In this document: piece after piece, positions 1 through 9,946 of the stretch
How the letters are laid out: each line of letters opens with the position of its first letter
How positions within the stretch are numbered: position 1 is the stretch's first letter
DNA from: Solirubrobacterales bacterium
GTDB lineage: Bacteria; Actinomycetota; Thermoleophilia; Solirubrobacterales; JACPNS01
Assembly: GCA_049608465.1 (NCBI GenBank)
Contig: JBMYXO010000003.1
Span: 1-58,758, forward strand
DNA length: 58,758 bases
Direction of reading: 5' to 3'
Position numbers and translations under genes: made by a program
The notes under the pieces: model-generated
The model's input: the letters and a program-made list of their open reading frames with translations, nothing else
Told to the model about the DNA's origin: nothing
The model's database searches: none

Positions 1-525
<525 letters not shown>

Positions 526-889
526 AGAGAAGACCGAAGTCTTCTCGGTATTGAGAGTTGTCATGAACTGTTGGAAGCGGTTGTACACCGTTGCTTCCGA
601 ACATGACGGGTGTCAGGCATATCCACAGAGGCTGTGTCCGAAGACTGAGCCGCCGTGAACCCTGACCCACTCCACTTGCTCCTGTAGAAACAAGAAGAGC
701 GGTGTGATTCTTTAGCTCCAAATGCAGGGGCCCGGCTAGGGATCCCCACATAAGGACAAATCTGGACCGACAAGTGATTCCGAATTCGCTTCGACAGGTC
801 GAAACGGCTCGGAGCCATTCATCGTTCACGCTGTTGAGTTTTCAAGGACCGTGGCGTCGTCAGATTCGACATACGCTTGGAAACTGGGC
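526..889 (-). promoter_or_regulatory. rRNA operon leader/promoter region (promoters not resolved)
   Basis: Non-coding stretch between the tyrS terminator and the mature 16S 5' end. It is more AT-rich than the surroundings. Only weak -35/-10 candidates are visible, e.g. ACTTGT-16-TTATGT around 745-775 on the minus strand. Confidence 0.3.
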
Positions 890-919
890 AAAAAGAAAGC
901 CTCTCACTGCTGGAGAGGC
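890..919 (-). terminator. Intrinsic terminator downstream of tyrS
   Basis: Minus strand reads GCCTCTC-CAGCAGT-GAGAGGC (7-bp GC-rich stem, 899-919) followed by TTTCTTTTT (890-898). Confidence 0.7.
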
Positions 920-1088
920 CCCGGTACTGCGCGCAAGTCCGCTAGGAACTACGTAAGGGGGAATCTCCAGGTGTCAGAAGGAAGCTCACTAATGGCTCAT
1001 TTCCGGCTTGCGAAAGATAACACATATACATGGTGATCTGCGGTGATCCTGGATTGGGCTGAGATTGATCGTGCGATTGCTGGCGCAA

Positions 1089-2261
1089 TCAAACTTTGAG
1101 GCGCTTGAATCGGCGCTTTCCCACCTTCAGGACCCGCCCGTCCAACTCCCCGGCGGGAACGTCGAGCACACCTTGTTCGATCGCTGTGCCGTCCAAACTC
1201 ACCCCTCCCTGGTCGAGCAATCGTCTTGCCTCGGAGCGCGAGAGTCCAAACGCATCGGCGAGCAGTGCCGGTAGATGAATCTCGTCGCCGGAAAGCACGA
1301 ATTCCTCGATCTCATCTGGGATGTCGTGGGATTTGAAGAGCTTGTCAAAGTGCGCCTCGGCCTCCTGTGCAGCATCGTCGTCGTAGAAACGCGCAACGAT
1401 CGACCTGGCCAACGCGCGCTTCTGTTGCACCGCTGAAAGCGAAGTATCGGGTTCGGTCGAGAACAACAGGTCGTAATAGAGAGGCATCACATCATCGGGG
1501 ATGCTCATCGTTTTGCCGAAGATCTCCTCGGGCGGTTCTGTGACGCCTATGTGATTGCCCAGCGACTTGCCCATACGGCGAACGCCGTCCACTCCCGGCA
1601 GAATCGGCATCGTGATGATCGTCTGCGGGCGCATCTCGTGGGCCGTCTGAATGTCGCGGCCGAGCAGCAGATTGAACTTCTGGTCGGTACCCCCCAGCTC
1701 GACGTCTGCATGAACGGCGACCGAGTCGTATGCCTGAAGCAGCGGATAAAGCAGTTCCAGCAGGGCGATCGGTGAGCCCTCTGAGTAGCGCTTTGAAAAG
1801 TCTTCGCGCTCGAGCAGTTGCGCGACTGTCGGTATGCGCATCAACTTGAAGAGCTCCATCATCGACATGTCGAGCCATTCGCTGTTTCGGCGCACTTCAA
1901 CGCGTTCGGCGTCGAGCACCTTGAAGGCCTGCTCCTGAAAAGTGGCCGCATTTGCGTCGATTTCTTCGACCGACAGCTCGGGGCGAGTCTTCGAGCGTCC
2001 ACTGGGATCCCCGACCCGCGCCGTGTAGTCACCGAGGATCAGAACGACCGTGTGGCCGGCATCCTGAAACTCACGAAGTTTCGACAGGACAACCGTGTGG
2101 CCGAGGTGGATGTCTGGCGCAGTGGGATCGATGCCGAGCTTGACCCGGAGTGGCCTCCCCTCGCTCTCTGCGAGCCGCAGTTTTGCCTCCAATCCACCGG
2201 CAGGGAGCGCGTCGACGGCGTTGCGTTCGAGCATTTTCGCGGTGTCGACTGCTGAGGGCAC
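1089..2261 (-). CDS. tyrS: Tyrosyl-tRNA synthetase
   Basis: Contains GIDPTAPDIHLGH (HIGH motif), RMGKSLGN (KMSKS-like) and a C-terminal S4-like domain. The GTG start at 2261 has TAGTAT 6 nt upstream, suggesting a leaderless mRNA. An ATG at 2234 is the alternative start. Confidence 0.9.
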   Translation of the reverse strand: MPSAVDTAKMLERNAVDALPAGGLEAKLRLAESEGRPLRVKLGIDPTAPDIHLGHTVVLSKLREFQDAGHTVVLILGDYTARVGDPSGRSKTRPELSVEEIDANAATFQEQAFKVLDAERVEVRRNSEWLDMSMMELFKLMRIPTVAQLLEREDFSKRYSEGSPIALLELLYPLLQAYDSVAVHADVELGGTDQKFNLLLGRDIQTAHEMRPQTIITMPILPGVDGVRRMGKSLGNHIGVTEPPEEIFGKTMSIPDDVMPLYYDLLFSTEPDTSLSAVQQKRALARSIVARFYDDDAAQEAEAHFDKLFKSHDIPDEIEEFVLSGDEIHLPALLADAFGLSRSEARRLLDQGGVSLDGTAIEQGVLDVPAGELDGRVLKVGKRRFKRLKV

Positions 2262-2474
2262 GCGGCGATACTAACTAGCAAGGATTCGCCCATTCGAACC
2301 GCAACCCGCCGCAGGTGCCGTTGTTATGCTCGATGAGTACGTCGACTCGGCAGACCACACTCGGATCGTGGCAACGCCGACCGTTCAGTTTTCGCCCAGC
2401 TCGAGGCGGCCCTCTACCCGGACTCCCTCCGTCGACGCAATCGCCTTACTCGGGCGTAACTGCCCAAGCAGCGC

Positions 2475-4703
2475 ATGTCCCAAGGATCAAACCCGAAAGA
2501 CACCAAGACTGCCCGCACGCGATCTCGCCGCAACAGGAAACGCAGCGACGACGCCGGGCCGCGGATCAAAAAGCTCCGCATCCTGCTGATCACCGGCGGT
2601 TTGATGATCCTTGCCGGAATCTCCACGGTGTTCGGAATGATGATGGCGGTGGCCAGTGACCTTCCCGCGCTGGAGGACCGAGAGCAGTACCGGATCGCGA
2701 AGGCATCGATCATGTACGACCGCGAAGGTCGCGAGATCACTCGCCTGCGCAACAACGAGAACCGCATTCTCGTCACATCCAACGGAATTTCGCCGACAAT
2801 GAAACAGGCAGTTGTCGCGATCGAGGATCGCCGCTTCTACACACACCGCGGAGTTGACTTCCGCGGAATCGGCCGCGCAATCGTGGCCGACGTGACGAGC
2901 TTTGGCGCCAAGCAGGGCGCCTCCACGATCACTCAGCAGTTCGTCAAGAACGCCACGGCCGCACAGTCGAATCGAACGGTGATGCAAAAGCTTCGCGAGT
3001 CTGCGCTTGCGTATCACCTGGAACGTCAATGGACGAAGGACAAAATCCTTACCGAGTACCTGAACGCCATCTACTTCGGCAATGGTGCGTACGGCATCGA
3101 GGCCGCGGCGGAGACCTACTTCAGCAAGACATCGCACCCGAATTGCGCGCCGAAATGCGCACAGGTTCTGCATCCTTGGGAGGCTGCTCTGCTGGCCGGA
3201 ATCATCGCGTCACCGAGCATGTACGACCCCGTGACCTTCCCCGAAAACGCGACCAAGCGGCGCGATCTCGTGCTTCTGAACATGCTCAATCAGGGCTTCA
3301 TCACGCAAGAGATATATGAGCGAGGCAAGCTCCAGGCAGTTCCGTCGATCGACGACATCACACGGCCCTACGAAAAGTCGGAGGCACCGTACTTCTCGAC
3401 TTGGGTGCGTCAGATGCTTGTCGACAAGTACGACGCCGGCGCAACATTCGGTGGTGGGCTGCGCGTGCACACGACGCTCGACCTCGACATGCAGCGATCG
3501 GCCGAACAGATCATCGCGCAGACATTGCCGGTCGGCGGGCCGAGCGCATCACTGGTCGCAATTGAGAACAAAACCGGCAAGGTCCGAGCATTGGTCGGCG
3601 GAAGCAACTACGAAGAGCGACCGTTCAACCTGGCTACACAAGGACACAGACAACCGGGTTCTTCGTTCAAGACCTTCACCCTGGTCGCCGGCCTGAAAAA
3701 CGGCTTGAGCCTGAATTCAAGTTTCAAATCGGCGGAGATCGACGACCCGTCGAATTCCGTGCTGATCAAAAACTACGAGGACAGCTACCTCGGCACCGCA
3801 AACCTGCTCACGGCAACCACCACCTCTGACAACACCGCATACGTACGCGCCGGCTGGCGAGTCGGTACCTCAAAAATCGCGCGCACCGCGAGAGAGATGG
3901 GAATCAGCACACCCATCCACCGCAACACGGCGATGATTCTCGGCGGCCTTCGCGAGGGCGTAACACCGCTCGAAATGGCCTACTCCTACACGACGCTCGC
4001 AAATGATGGGCGCAAACCAATGGGTTCACTGGCGCCCGACGCCAACAGCCCGACTGCGATCGAAAAGGTGCTCCAGAACCGTCGCACCTTCAAACGTCAG
4101 CGCCACCGCACCAAGTACGAGCGAATCTTCAAAACAGACGTTGGGCAGCAGGCAAAAATCGCCCTGCGCTCGGTGGTCACCAACGGAACCGGCAAGGCCG
4201 CGGATATCGGATCATTCGCGGCGGGCAAAACCGGCACGACCGAGAACTACGGAGACGCTTGGTTCGTTGGCTTCAACGAGGAGTTCACGGTTGCGATCTG
4301 GGTCGGATACCCCGACGCGATGAAACCGATGCTCACGGAGTACGGAGGCAAGCCGGTGGCCGGCGGTACCTACCCAGCTTTGCTCTTCCGCGCTTTCATG
4401 CTGAAGGCGATGCAGATTGAGAAGGCACGTGACGCGGGCAAGAAGAGCCCGACCGAAGCTGTTTCCGGGCCGGTCGGTGTCCCATCCACCTCACCGGGCG
4501 AAGGTGGCGCGACCGGCGGCGGCGGCGACGGCGACGGCGAGACGAACGAGCGACAGAACGCGCCACGCGACCGAGACCGCGATCGCACACCGGCCCGCGA
4601 CACTCCGCGCGAACCCGCGCCCGAACCACAGGCGCCACCGGCGGGCGACGGTGGCGACCCGGACACCGGCGGAGCCGGCGGCGGCGCGGCACCGTCACCC
4701 TAG
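2475..4703 (+). CDS. Class A penicillin-binding protein (transglycosylase/transpeptidase) with an N-terminal TM anchor and a disordered G/D/P-rich tail
   Basis: Glycosyltransferase motif EDRRFYTHRGVD. Transpeptidase motifs SSFK, SDN and KTGTT. Confidence 0.9.
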   Translation: MSQGSNPKDTKTARTRSRRNRKRSDDAGPRIKKLRILLITGGLMILAGISTVFGMMMAVASDLPALEDREQYRIAKASIMYDREGREITRLRNNENRILVTSNGISPTMKQAVVAIEDRRFYTHRGVDFRGIGRAIVADVTSFGAKQGASTITQQFVKNATAAQSNRTVMQKLRESALAYHLERQWTKDKILTEYLNAIYFGNGAYGIEAAAETYFSKTSHPNCAPKCAQVLHPWEAALLAGIIASPSMYDPVTFPENATKRRDLVLLNMLNQGFITQEIYERGKLQAVPSIDDITRPYEKSEAPYFSTWVRQMLVDKYDAGATFGGGLRVHTTLDLDMQRSAEQIIAQTLPVGGPSASLVAIENKTGKVRALVGGSNYEERPFNLATQGHRQPGSSFKTFTLVAGLKNGLSLNSSFKSAEIDDPSNSVLIKNYEDSYLGTANLLTATTTSDNTAYVRAGWRVGTSKIARTAREMGISTPIHRNTAMILGGLREGVTPLEMAYSYTTLANDGRKPMGSLAPDANSPTAIEKVLQNRRTFKRQRHRTKYERIFKTDVGQQAKIALRSVVTNGTGKAADIGSFAAGKTGTTENYGDAWFVGFNEEFTVAIWVGYPDAMKPMLTEYGGKPVAGGTYPALLFRAFMLKAMQIEKARDAGKKSPTEAVSGPVGVPSTSPGEGGATGGGGDGDGETNERQNAPRDRDRDRTPARDTPREPAPEPQAPPAGDGGDPDTGGAGGGAAPSP

Positions 4704-6056
4704 CTGCGCGCGCGCGAGTTTGAACTGCTCGTCGAGCGAGCTGCTCGATGTGCCACCGCGCGAGACCTTGCTCTCGATCCAGCCACCATCGGACAACAGT
4801 GCGCGGTAGTCGTCACCGAGTTGATCGCTGAAGCCAGCGAGTTCGTCGTCGGTGAGTTCGGAGAGCTGTTTGCCCGTGTCTACGGCGTGGCGAACCAGTG
4901 ACCCGACGATTCCATGCGCCTCGCGGAACGGCACCCCCTTACGAACAAGAAGATCGGCCACATCCACGGCGGCCAGCATCTGGTCGCCCGCCGCAGCTGC
5001 CATGCGCTCGCGGCGGAAGACGATCCCTTCGAGCATGCCGGTGGCGGCATCGAGACAGAGCTCGAGCGTGTCAACGGCGTCGAACAACGCCTCCTTGTCT
5101 TCCTGCATGTCCTTGTTGTAGGTGAGCGGCAGACCGTGCATCACGCCGTGAAGCGTCGTCAGGGAGGCAAGAACTCGCGGAGCTTTGCCGCGAAGCAACT
5201 CGGCGGCGTCGGGGTTTTTCTTTTGCGGCATAAGACTGGACCCAGATGCGAAACCATCCGAAACCTCCGCGAAACCGAACTCCTCGCTCGACCACAAAAC
5301 GATCTCGGCGCCGATGCGCGACAGGTGCGTGGCGCAGGTCGCCGCGGCGGAGAGATAGTCGAGGACGAAGTCTCGATTGGCAACCGCATCCATCGAGTTC
5401 GGCGCGACCGTTTCGAATCCAAGGCGGTCGGCAACCATCTGACGGTCGGTTTCGAAGTTCGCACCGGCCAGCGCCCCGGCACCGAGCGGAAGCGTGTTTG
5501 ACGCGTCAACGACCTGAGCGAAGCGCTGGCGGTCGCGGCTGAACATCCAGAAGTACGCGAGCAGGTGATGACCGAGGTACACCGATTGCGCTCGCTGTAG
5601 ATGCGTGTAGCCGGGCATCGCCCAGTCACGGTGAGCATCCGCGAGCACGTAAATCGTTTCGAGAAGCTTCGCCAGCTTCGCGCTGGCAACTTGTGCATGC
5701 CGCTTGGTGAAGAGTGTGACGTCGGTCGCGACCTGATCGTTGCGCGAGCGTGCGGTGTGCAGCTTCGCCCCTGCGTCGCCGGCAACCTCGGTCAGGCGGC
5801 GTTCGATCGCCATGTGGATGTCTTCGTCGTCGTCTTTGAAAACGAACACTCCGGCATCAAGCTCTTTCTTGACCTGGACCATTCCGTTCTTGATCTCCTC
5901 GAGATCCTCTGCCGTGATGATGTGTTTTGCGGCGAGCATCTCCGCGTGGGCGATCGAACCCTCGATGTCTTCCGGGTAGAGGCGGCGGTCGTAGCCGAGC
6001 GAAGTGTTTATTGCTTTGAAGAGTGCGTCTTGGGGGTCTTCGAATCGAGCCATCAT
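4695..6056 (-). CDS. argH: Argininosuccinate lyase
   Basis: Fumarate-lyase signature GSSLMPQKKNPDAAEL and full-length 453-aa architecture. Confidence 0.93.
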   Translation of the reverse strand: MMARFEDPQDALFKAINTSLGYDRRLYPEDIEGSIAHAEMLAAKHIITAEDLEEIKNGMVQVKKELDAGVFVFKDDDEDIHMAIERRLTEVAGDAGAKLHTARSRNDQVATDVTLFTKRHAQVASAKLAKLLETIYVLADAHRDWAMPGYTHLQRAQSVYLGHHLLAYFWMFSRDRQRFAQVVDASNTLPLGAGALAGANFETDRQMVADRLGFETVAPNSMDAVANRDFVLDYLSAAATCATHLSRIGAEIVLWSSEEFGFAEVSDGFASGSSLMPQKKNPDAAELLRGKAPRVLASLTTLHGVMHGLPLTYNKDMQEDKEALFDAVDTLELCLDAATGMLEGIVFRRERMAAAAGDQMLAAVDVADLLVRKGVPFREAHGIVGSLVRHAVDTGKQLSELTDDELAGFSDQLGDDYRALLSDGGWIESKVSRGGTSSSSLDEQFKLARAQLG

Positions 6057-6081
6057 CGGGTGTTCCTAGGTTTGCGTTTGG

Positions 6082-7221
6082 TCAGTTCTGCGCGAGGGCA
6101 GCACGGAGCGCGGTCACGGCGCGCTCCACATCGCCCTCTTGCATGGATGGAAAGAACGGGAGCGCCAGCGATCGTTCGGCCACTTCTTCGGCGACCGGAA
6201 AGTCACCGGTCACGTAGCCGAATTGCTCGCGGTAGTACGGCTGCAAATGGATCACCGGCATGTAAGGCTTGCTTGCGATCCCGTCACGCCTGAGCGACTC
6301 GATCACGGCGTCGCGATCGGTGCCTGCGGGGAGCTGGAGTACGTAGACGAACCAGCTGCGTTTGTTCCGACCATCGTCGGCGCAGGGCACCGTGACTCCG
6401 TCGACCTCCCTCAACCGCTCGGAGTACCAATGTGCGACGCGTGCCCTACGGGCGAGCATGTCGTCGAGCTTCTCCGATTGGGCGAGGCCGATCGCTGCGG
6501 AGACATCGCTCAGTCGGTAGTTGTACCCGAGCGACTGATGGTCGAGCCAGCCCATGTCGGGCGCGCGCCCCTGATTGCGCTCGCTGTCGATGCGCCGCTT
6601 CTGTTCTTCGGTCGCGCAGAGGACCATTCCGCCCTCTCCCGTGGCCAGCTGCTTGTTCGGATAGAAGCCGAACACCGCAAGATTGCCGCGCGATCCAACT
6701 TGAAGTCCGTCGGAATCGATTGCGCCGAGCGCTTCGCAGGCGTCCTCAACAATCCATAGGTCGTGTTCGCGTGCCAGTGCTTCGAGTTCGTTCATTGCTG
6801 CCGAATAGCCGAACAGATGAACCGGAAGGATGCCGGAGGTCAATTCGCCGACACGTTCGGCGGCCTTGGCCGGATCGACATTCAGGGTCACGGGATCGAT
6901 GTCTGCGAATACCGGGGTCGCGTGTTCGTAGATGATTACGTTCGCGGAGGCGACGAAGCTGAGCGGCGAAGTGATGACTTCGTCTCCCGGCTTGACACCG
7001 GCCGCACGAATCGCAAGGTGCAGACCGGCAGTGCCGCTGGAGACCATCGACGCGTACGGAGCCCCGGTGTAGTCCGCGATCGCCCGTTCGAACCGTGGCC
7101 CCATCGGTCCGAGCGACAGAACGCCGCTGCGCAGGACATCAAGCACGAGCTTTTCTTCGCGAGCGCCGATCTCGGGCCGCGCCATCGGCAAGACATCGAG
7201 CGCCGGGAGTGAATCGTTCAT
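6082..7221 (-). CDS. DegT/DnrJ/EryC1/StrS-family PLP aminotransferase
   Basis: Contains GTAGLHLA, FGFYPNKQLATGEGG (PLP lysine context) and YNYRLSD. Its ATG overlaps the cimA stop as ATGA (7218-7221). Confidence 0.85.
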   Translation of the reverse strand: MNDSLPALDVLPMARPEIGAREEKLVLDVLRSGVLSLGPMGPRFERAIADYTGAPYASMVSSGTAGLHLAIRAAGVKPGDEVITSPLSFVASANVIIYEHATPVFADIDPVTLNVDPAKAAERVGELTSGILPVHLFGYSAAMNELEALAREHDLWIVEDACEALGAIDSDGLQVGSRGNLAVFGFYPNKQLATGEGGMVLCATEEQKRRIDSERNQGRAPDMGWLDHQSLGYNYRLSDVSAAIGLAQSEKLDDMLARRARVAHWYSERLREVDGVTVPCADDGRNKRSWFVYVLQLPAGTDRDAVIESLRRDGIASKPYMPVIHLQPYYREQFGYVTGDFPVAEEVAERSLALPFFPSMQEGDVERAVTALRAALAQN

Positions 7222-8813
7222 GACGACGCCTCGTTTTCAGAACCGGGCTGCATGCCGAATTCGAGTGCATCCACGAGCGCCTCCCAAGAGGCCTCGATGA
7301 TGTTTTCCGAAACACCGATTGCGCCCCAAGTCTTGTGTCCGTCGGATGCGTCAAGCAACACGCGCGTCACTGCGCCCGTGCCCTTGGTCTCGTTGAGAAT
7401 TCGGACCTTGAAGTTGACGAGGTCGATGTCTTTGAGGTGCGAATAGGTCTCGCCGATGGCATCGCGCAGCGCTTTGTCGAGCGCGTTGACCGGTCCGTTG
7501 CCCTCGGCGGTGCGAACGAAGCGCTCGCCGTTGACCCAGATCTTGATCGTCGCCTCGGTCTGGACCTTGCCGTCCTCGAGTTTTTCGGCGATCGTGCGCC
7601 AGCTTTCGAGCTTGAAGAGCGGCTTGTATGCGCCGGTCTCCTTGCGGATCAGCAGATCGAAGGACGCGTCGGCTGCCTCGAAGTGGTAGCCGTGAGATTC
7701 AAGTTCCTTGACGCGATCGACGATCTTCGCGGCCTTCTCGGCGTCGATGTCGATTCCGGCGTCGGCGGCGCGAACCTGGACGGTGCCGCGACCGGACAAC
7801 TCCGAGATCAGTATGTTTCGGTCGTTTCCGACCGACGTCGGATCGATGTGTTCAAACGTGCTCGGATCGCTGACCATTCCGGCTACGTGCATTCCGCCTT
7901 TGTGGGCGAAGGCATCGAGCCCAACGTACGGTGCCGAGCTGTCCGGCTGCATGTTGCAGATTTCATCGATCATGTGGGCGGTTTCAGTCAGATGTTCGAG
8001 GCTTTCCGGCGGAACGCAGTCATAACCCATCTTCAGTTGCAGATTCGGCAGGATCGTGATCAGGTTGGCGTTGCCGGTGCGTTCGCCATATCCATTCACG
8101 GTGCCTTGGACATGCGTGGCACCGGCCTCGACTCCGGCGAGCGAATTTGCCACTCCCACGCCTGCGTCGTCGTGCGTGTGCACGCCAACGCGAACGCGGC
8201 CGCCGATTGCCTCGACCACCGTGGCCGTCGCGCTGGCGATCTGAGATGGCAACGAGGCGCCATTCGTGTCGCACAGAACCACGGATTCTGCGCCGCCCTC
8301 GGCGGCTGCCGACACGCATTCAAGTGCGTATTTCGGGTCGTCGCGGAAGCCGTCGAAGAAGTGCTCGGCGTCGTAGATGACGCGCTTGCCCTCTCCACGT
8401 AAAAACGCCACAGACTCCGCGATCATCGCGAGGTTCTCGTCGGGCGAAACCTTCGTGACCTTCTCCAGGTGAAGCGACCACGTCTTTCCGACGATCGTCG
8501 ACACCGGCGCGAAGCTCTCGACGAGCACTTGAAGAGCCTCGTCATCGGCGGCCGACACGTCGCGGCGTCGAGTCATCCCGAAGGCCGCAACGACCGCGTT
8601 CTCGAAGCTTTCGCCGCTCAGCGCCTCAAAAAACTCGATCTCTTTGGGGTTTGAGCTCGGGAATCCGCCCTCGATGAAGTGGAAACCAAGCGAGTCGAGC
8701 GCATGCGCCACGCGGATCTTCTCCTCCACGGACAGCGACATACCAGGGCCCTGCATGCCGTCGCGCAGCGTCGTGTCGTACAGCTCTATTACGGGAGATT
8801 TGTGGTCGGTCAT
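7218..8813 (-). CDS. cimA: (R)-citramalate synthase (LeuA-family)
   Basis: Contains LYDTTLRDGMQG and HTHDDAGVGVANSLAG plus a C-terminal LeuA-dimer-like domain. Start chosen at the ATG at 8813, which has GAGGA 8 nt upstream. The ORF-track start at 8870 lies inside a palindrome. Confidence 0.85.
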   Translation of the reverse strand: MTDHKSPVIELYDTTLRDGMQGPGMSLSVEEKIRVAHALDSLGFHFIEGGFPSSNPKEIEFFEALSGESFENAVVAAFGMTRRRDVSAADDEALQVLVESFAPVSTIVGKTWSLHLEKVTKVSPDENLAMIAESVAFLRGEGKRVIYDAEHFFDGFRDDPKYALECVSAAAEGGAESVVLCDTNGASLPSQIASATATVVEAIGGRVRVGVHTHDDAGVGVANSLAGVEAGATHVQGTVNGYGERTGNANLITILPNLQLKMGYDCVPPESLEHLTETAHMIDEICNMQPDSSAPYVGLDAFAHKGGMHVAGMVSDPSTFEHIDPTSVGNDRNILISELSGRGTVQVRAADAGIDIDAEKAAKIVDRVKELESHGYHFEAADASFDLLIRKETGAYKPLFKLESWRTIAEKLEDGKVQTEATIKIWVNGERFVRTAEGNGPVNALDKALRDAIGETYSHLKDIDLVNFKVRILNETKGTGAVTRVLLDASDGHKTWGAIGVSENIIEASWEALVDALEFGMQPGSENEASS

Positions 8814-8854
8814 GTGATTTTCCTCAAGTGATCTTCGGTGGACGAATGCGAACT

Positions 8855-8899
8855 CCTGACCTCCGGGCACGCACGTGCGTGCCCTTTGAGCGGGTCAGG
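8855..8899 (-). other. Nested inverted repeat between ilvE and cimA (processing, stability or attenuation hairpin)
   Basis: Perfect 20-nt palindrome GGGCACGCACGTGCGTGCCC (8865-8884) enclosed by CCTGACC (8855-8861) and GGTCAGG (8893-8899). No U-tract follows on the minus strand. Confidence 0.5.
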
Positions 8900-8946
8900 C
8901 GCTGGTAATTCGTCGACTGAAGATTGGGAAAGTCACGTGAGACAGC

Positions 8947-9894
8947 CTATACCTGAGCGGCGTCCTTTGCGACCGGCTGAGGCGTGCCAACGAAATCGAG
9001 CCACTCGTTGTACTCGGGCGCGCGGCCGTAGAGGGCATCGTCGAACTTTGTCTGAAGTTGACGCGTCGTCGGTCCGGGATCGCCGATCACCTGGTCGTCT
9101 ATCTCGCGCACCGGGACCAATTCGGCCGCAGTGCCGGTCATGAAGACCTCGTCTGCTGTGACCAACTCGGTGCGCGTGACGTTGCGTTCGACAACGCGGA
9201 TACCCATGTCGGCGGCGATCTGCATCACGCTGTCGCGGTTGATGCCTTGAAGGATCGAGTTGGCCAGCGAAGGTGTGGCGATCTCGCCGTCTTTGACCAC
9301 GAAAATGTTTTCGCCCGAGCCCTCGCAGACGTAGTCGTTCTCGTCCAACAGGATTGCCTCCTGATATCCGGCGTTGTGCGACTCGATCTTTGCCAGCACG
9401 CTGTTGAGATACTGACCGCTTGCTTTGGCTTGCGGAATGAAGCTCGCCGGCGACATCCTGCGCCAGGAAGAGATCTTTGCGCGGATGCCGTTCCTCTTGC
9501 CCTCGTCTCCGAGGTAGCTGGCCCACTCCCAGACGGCGATCGAGTACTCGATCTTGCTGTTTAGCGGGAACAGTCCGATCTCGCCATAGCCGCGGAACGC
9601 GAACGGGCGGATGTAGCAATCGGTCAGGCCGTTCTTTGTGATCAGCTCTTTGGTGATTTCGAGCAGCTCTTCGGCGGTGTGTTCGAGCTCCATGTAATAG
9701 AGCTTGCCCGAGGTGTGCAGACGCTTCATGTGGTCGAGACCGCGGAAGATCGCGGGGCCCTGGTCCGTGTTGTAACAACGGACACCCTCGAAAACGCCCG
9801 TGCCGTAGTGCAGGCCATGCGTGAGTACGTGTACGCGCGCCTCATCCCAGGGGATGAATTCACCGTTCTGCCATATGTACTCAGTTGGCTCCAT
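8947..9894 (-). CDS. ilvE: Branched-chain amino acid aminotransferase (class IV)
   Basis: Class IV aminotransferase motifs (FEGVRCY, EGSGENIF). 315 aa, in leu/ilv context. Confidence 0.92.
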   Translation of the reverse strand: MEPTEYIWQNGEFIPWDEARVHVLTHGLHYGTGVFEGVRCYNTDQGPAIFRGLDHMKRLHTSGKLYYMELEHTAEELLEITKELITKNGLTDCYIRPFAFRGYGEIGLFPLNSKIEYSIAVWEWASYLGDEGKRNGIRAKISSWRRMSPASFIPQAKASGQYLNSVLAKIESHNAGYQEAILLDENDYVCEGSGENIFVVKDGEIATPSLANSILQGINRDSVMQIAADMGIRVVERNVTRTELVTADEVFMTGTAAELVPVREIDDQVIGDPGPTTRQLQTKFDDALYGRAPEYNEWLDFVGTPQPVAKDAAQV

Positions 9895-9946
9895 TGGTTA
9901 CCTCGCGCGTATGCGTTTGTTTGTTTTCGCCCGTGACAGTGCCGAG

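Noticed and set aside
4530-4703. Low-complexity G/D/P/R-rich tail of the PBP and its 9-nt convergent overlap with argH
   Set aside because: Disordered C-terminal tails are common in actinobacterial class A PBPs, and short convergent overlaps are routine in compact high-GC genomes.
8900-8946. 13-codon ORF (VTFPIFSRRITSA*) upstream of cimA as an isoleucine leader peptide
   Set aside because: It has only two Ile codons, not adjacent, and no RBS. I could find no alternative pairing linking it to the downstream hairpin.
8933-9778. 281-aa minus-strand ORF overlapping ilvE in another frame
   Set aside because: The product is extremely Arg-rich with no recognisable motifs. The in-frame ilvE product has clear class IV aminotransferase similarity.
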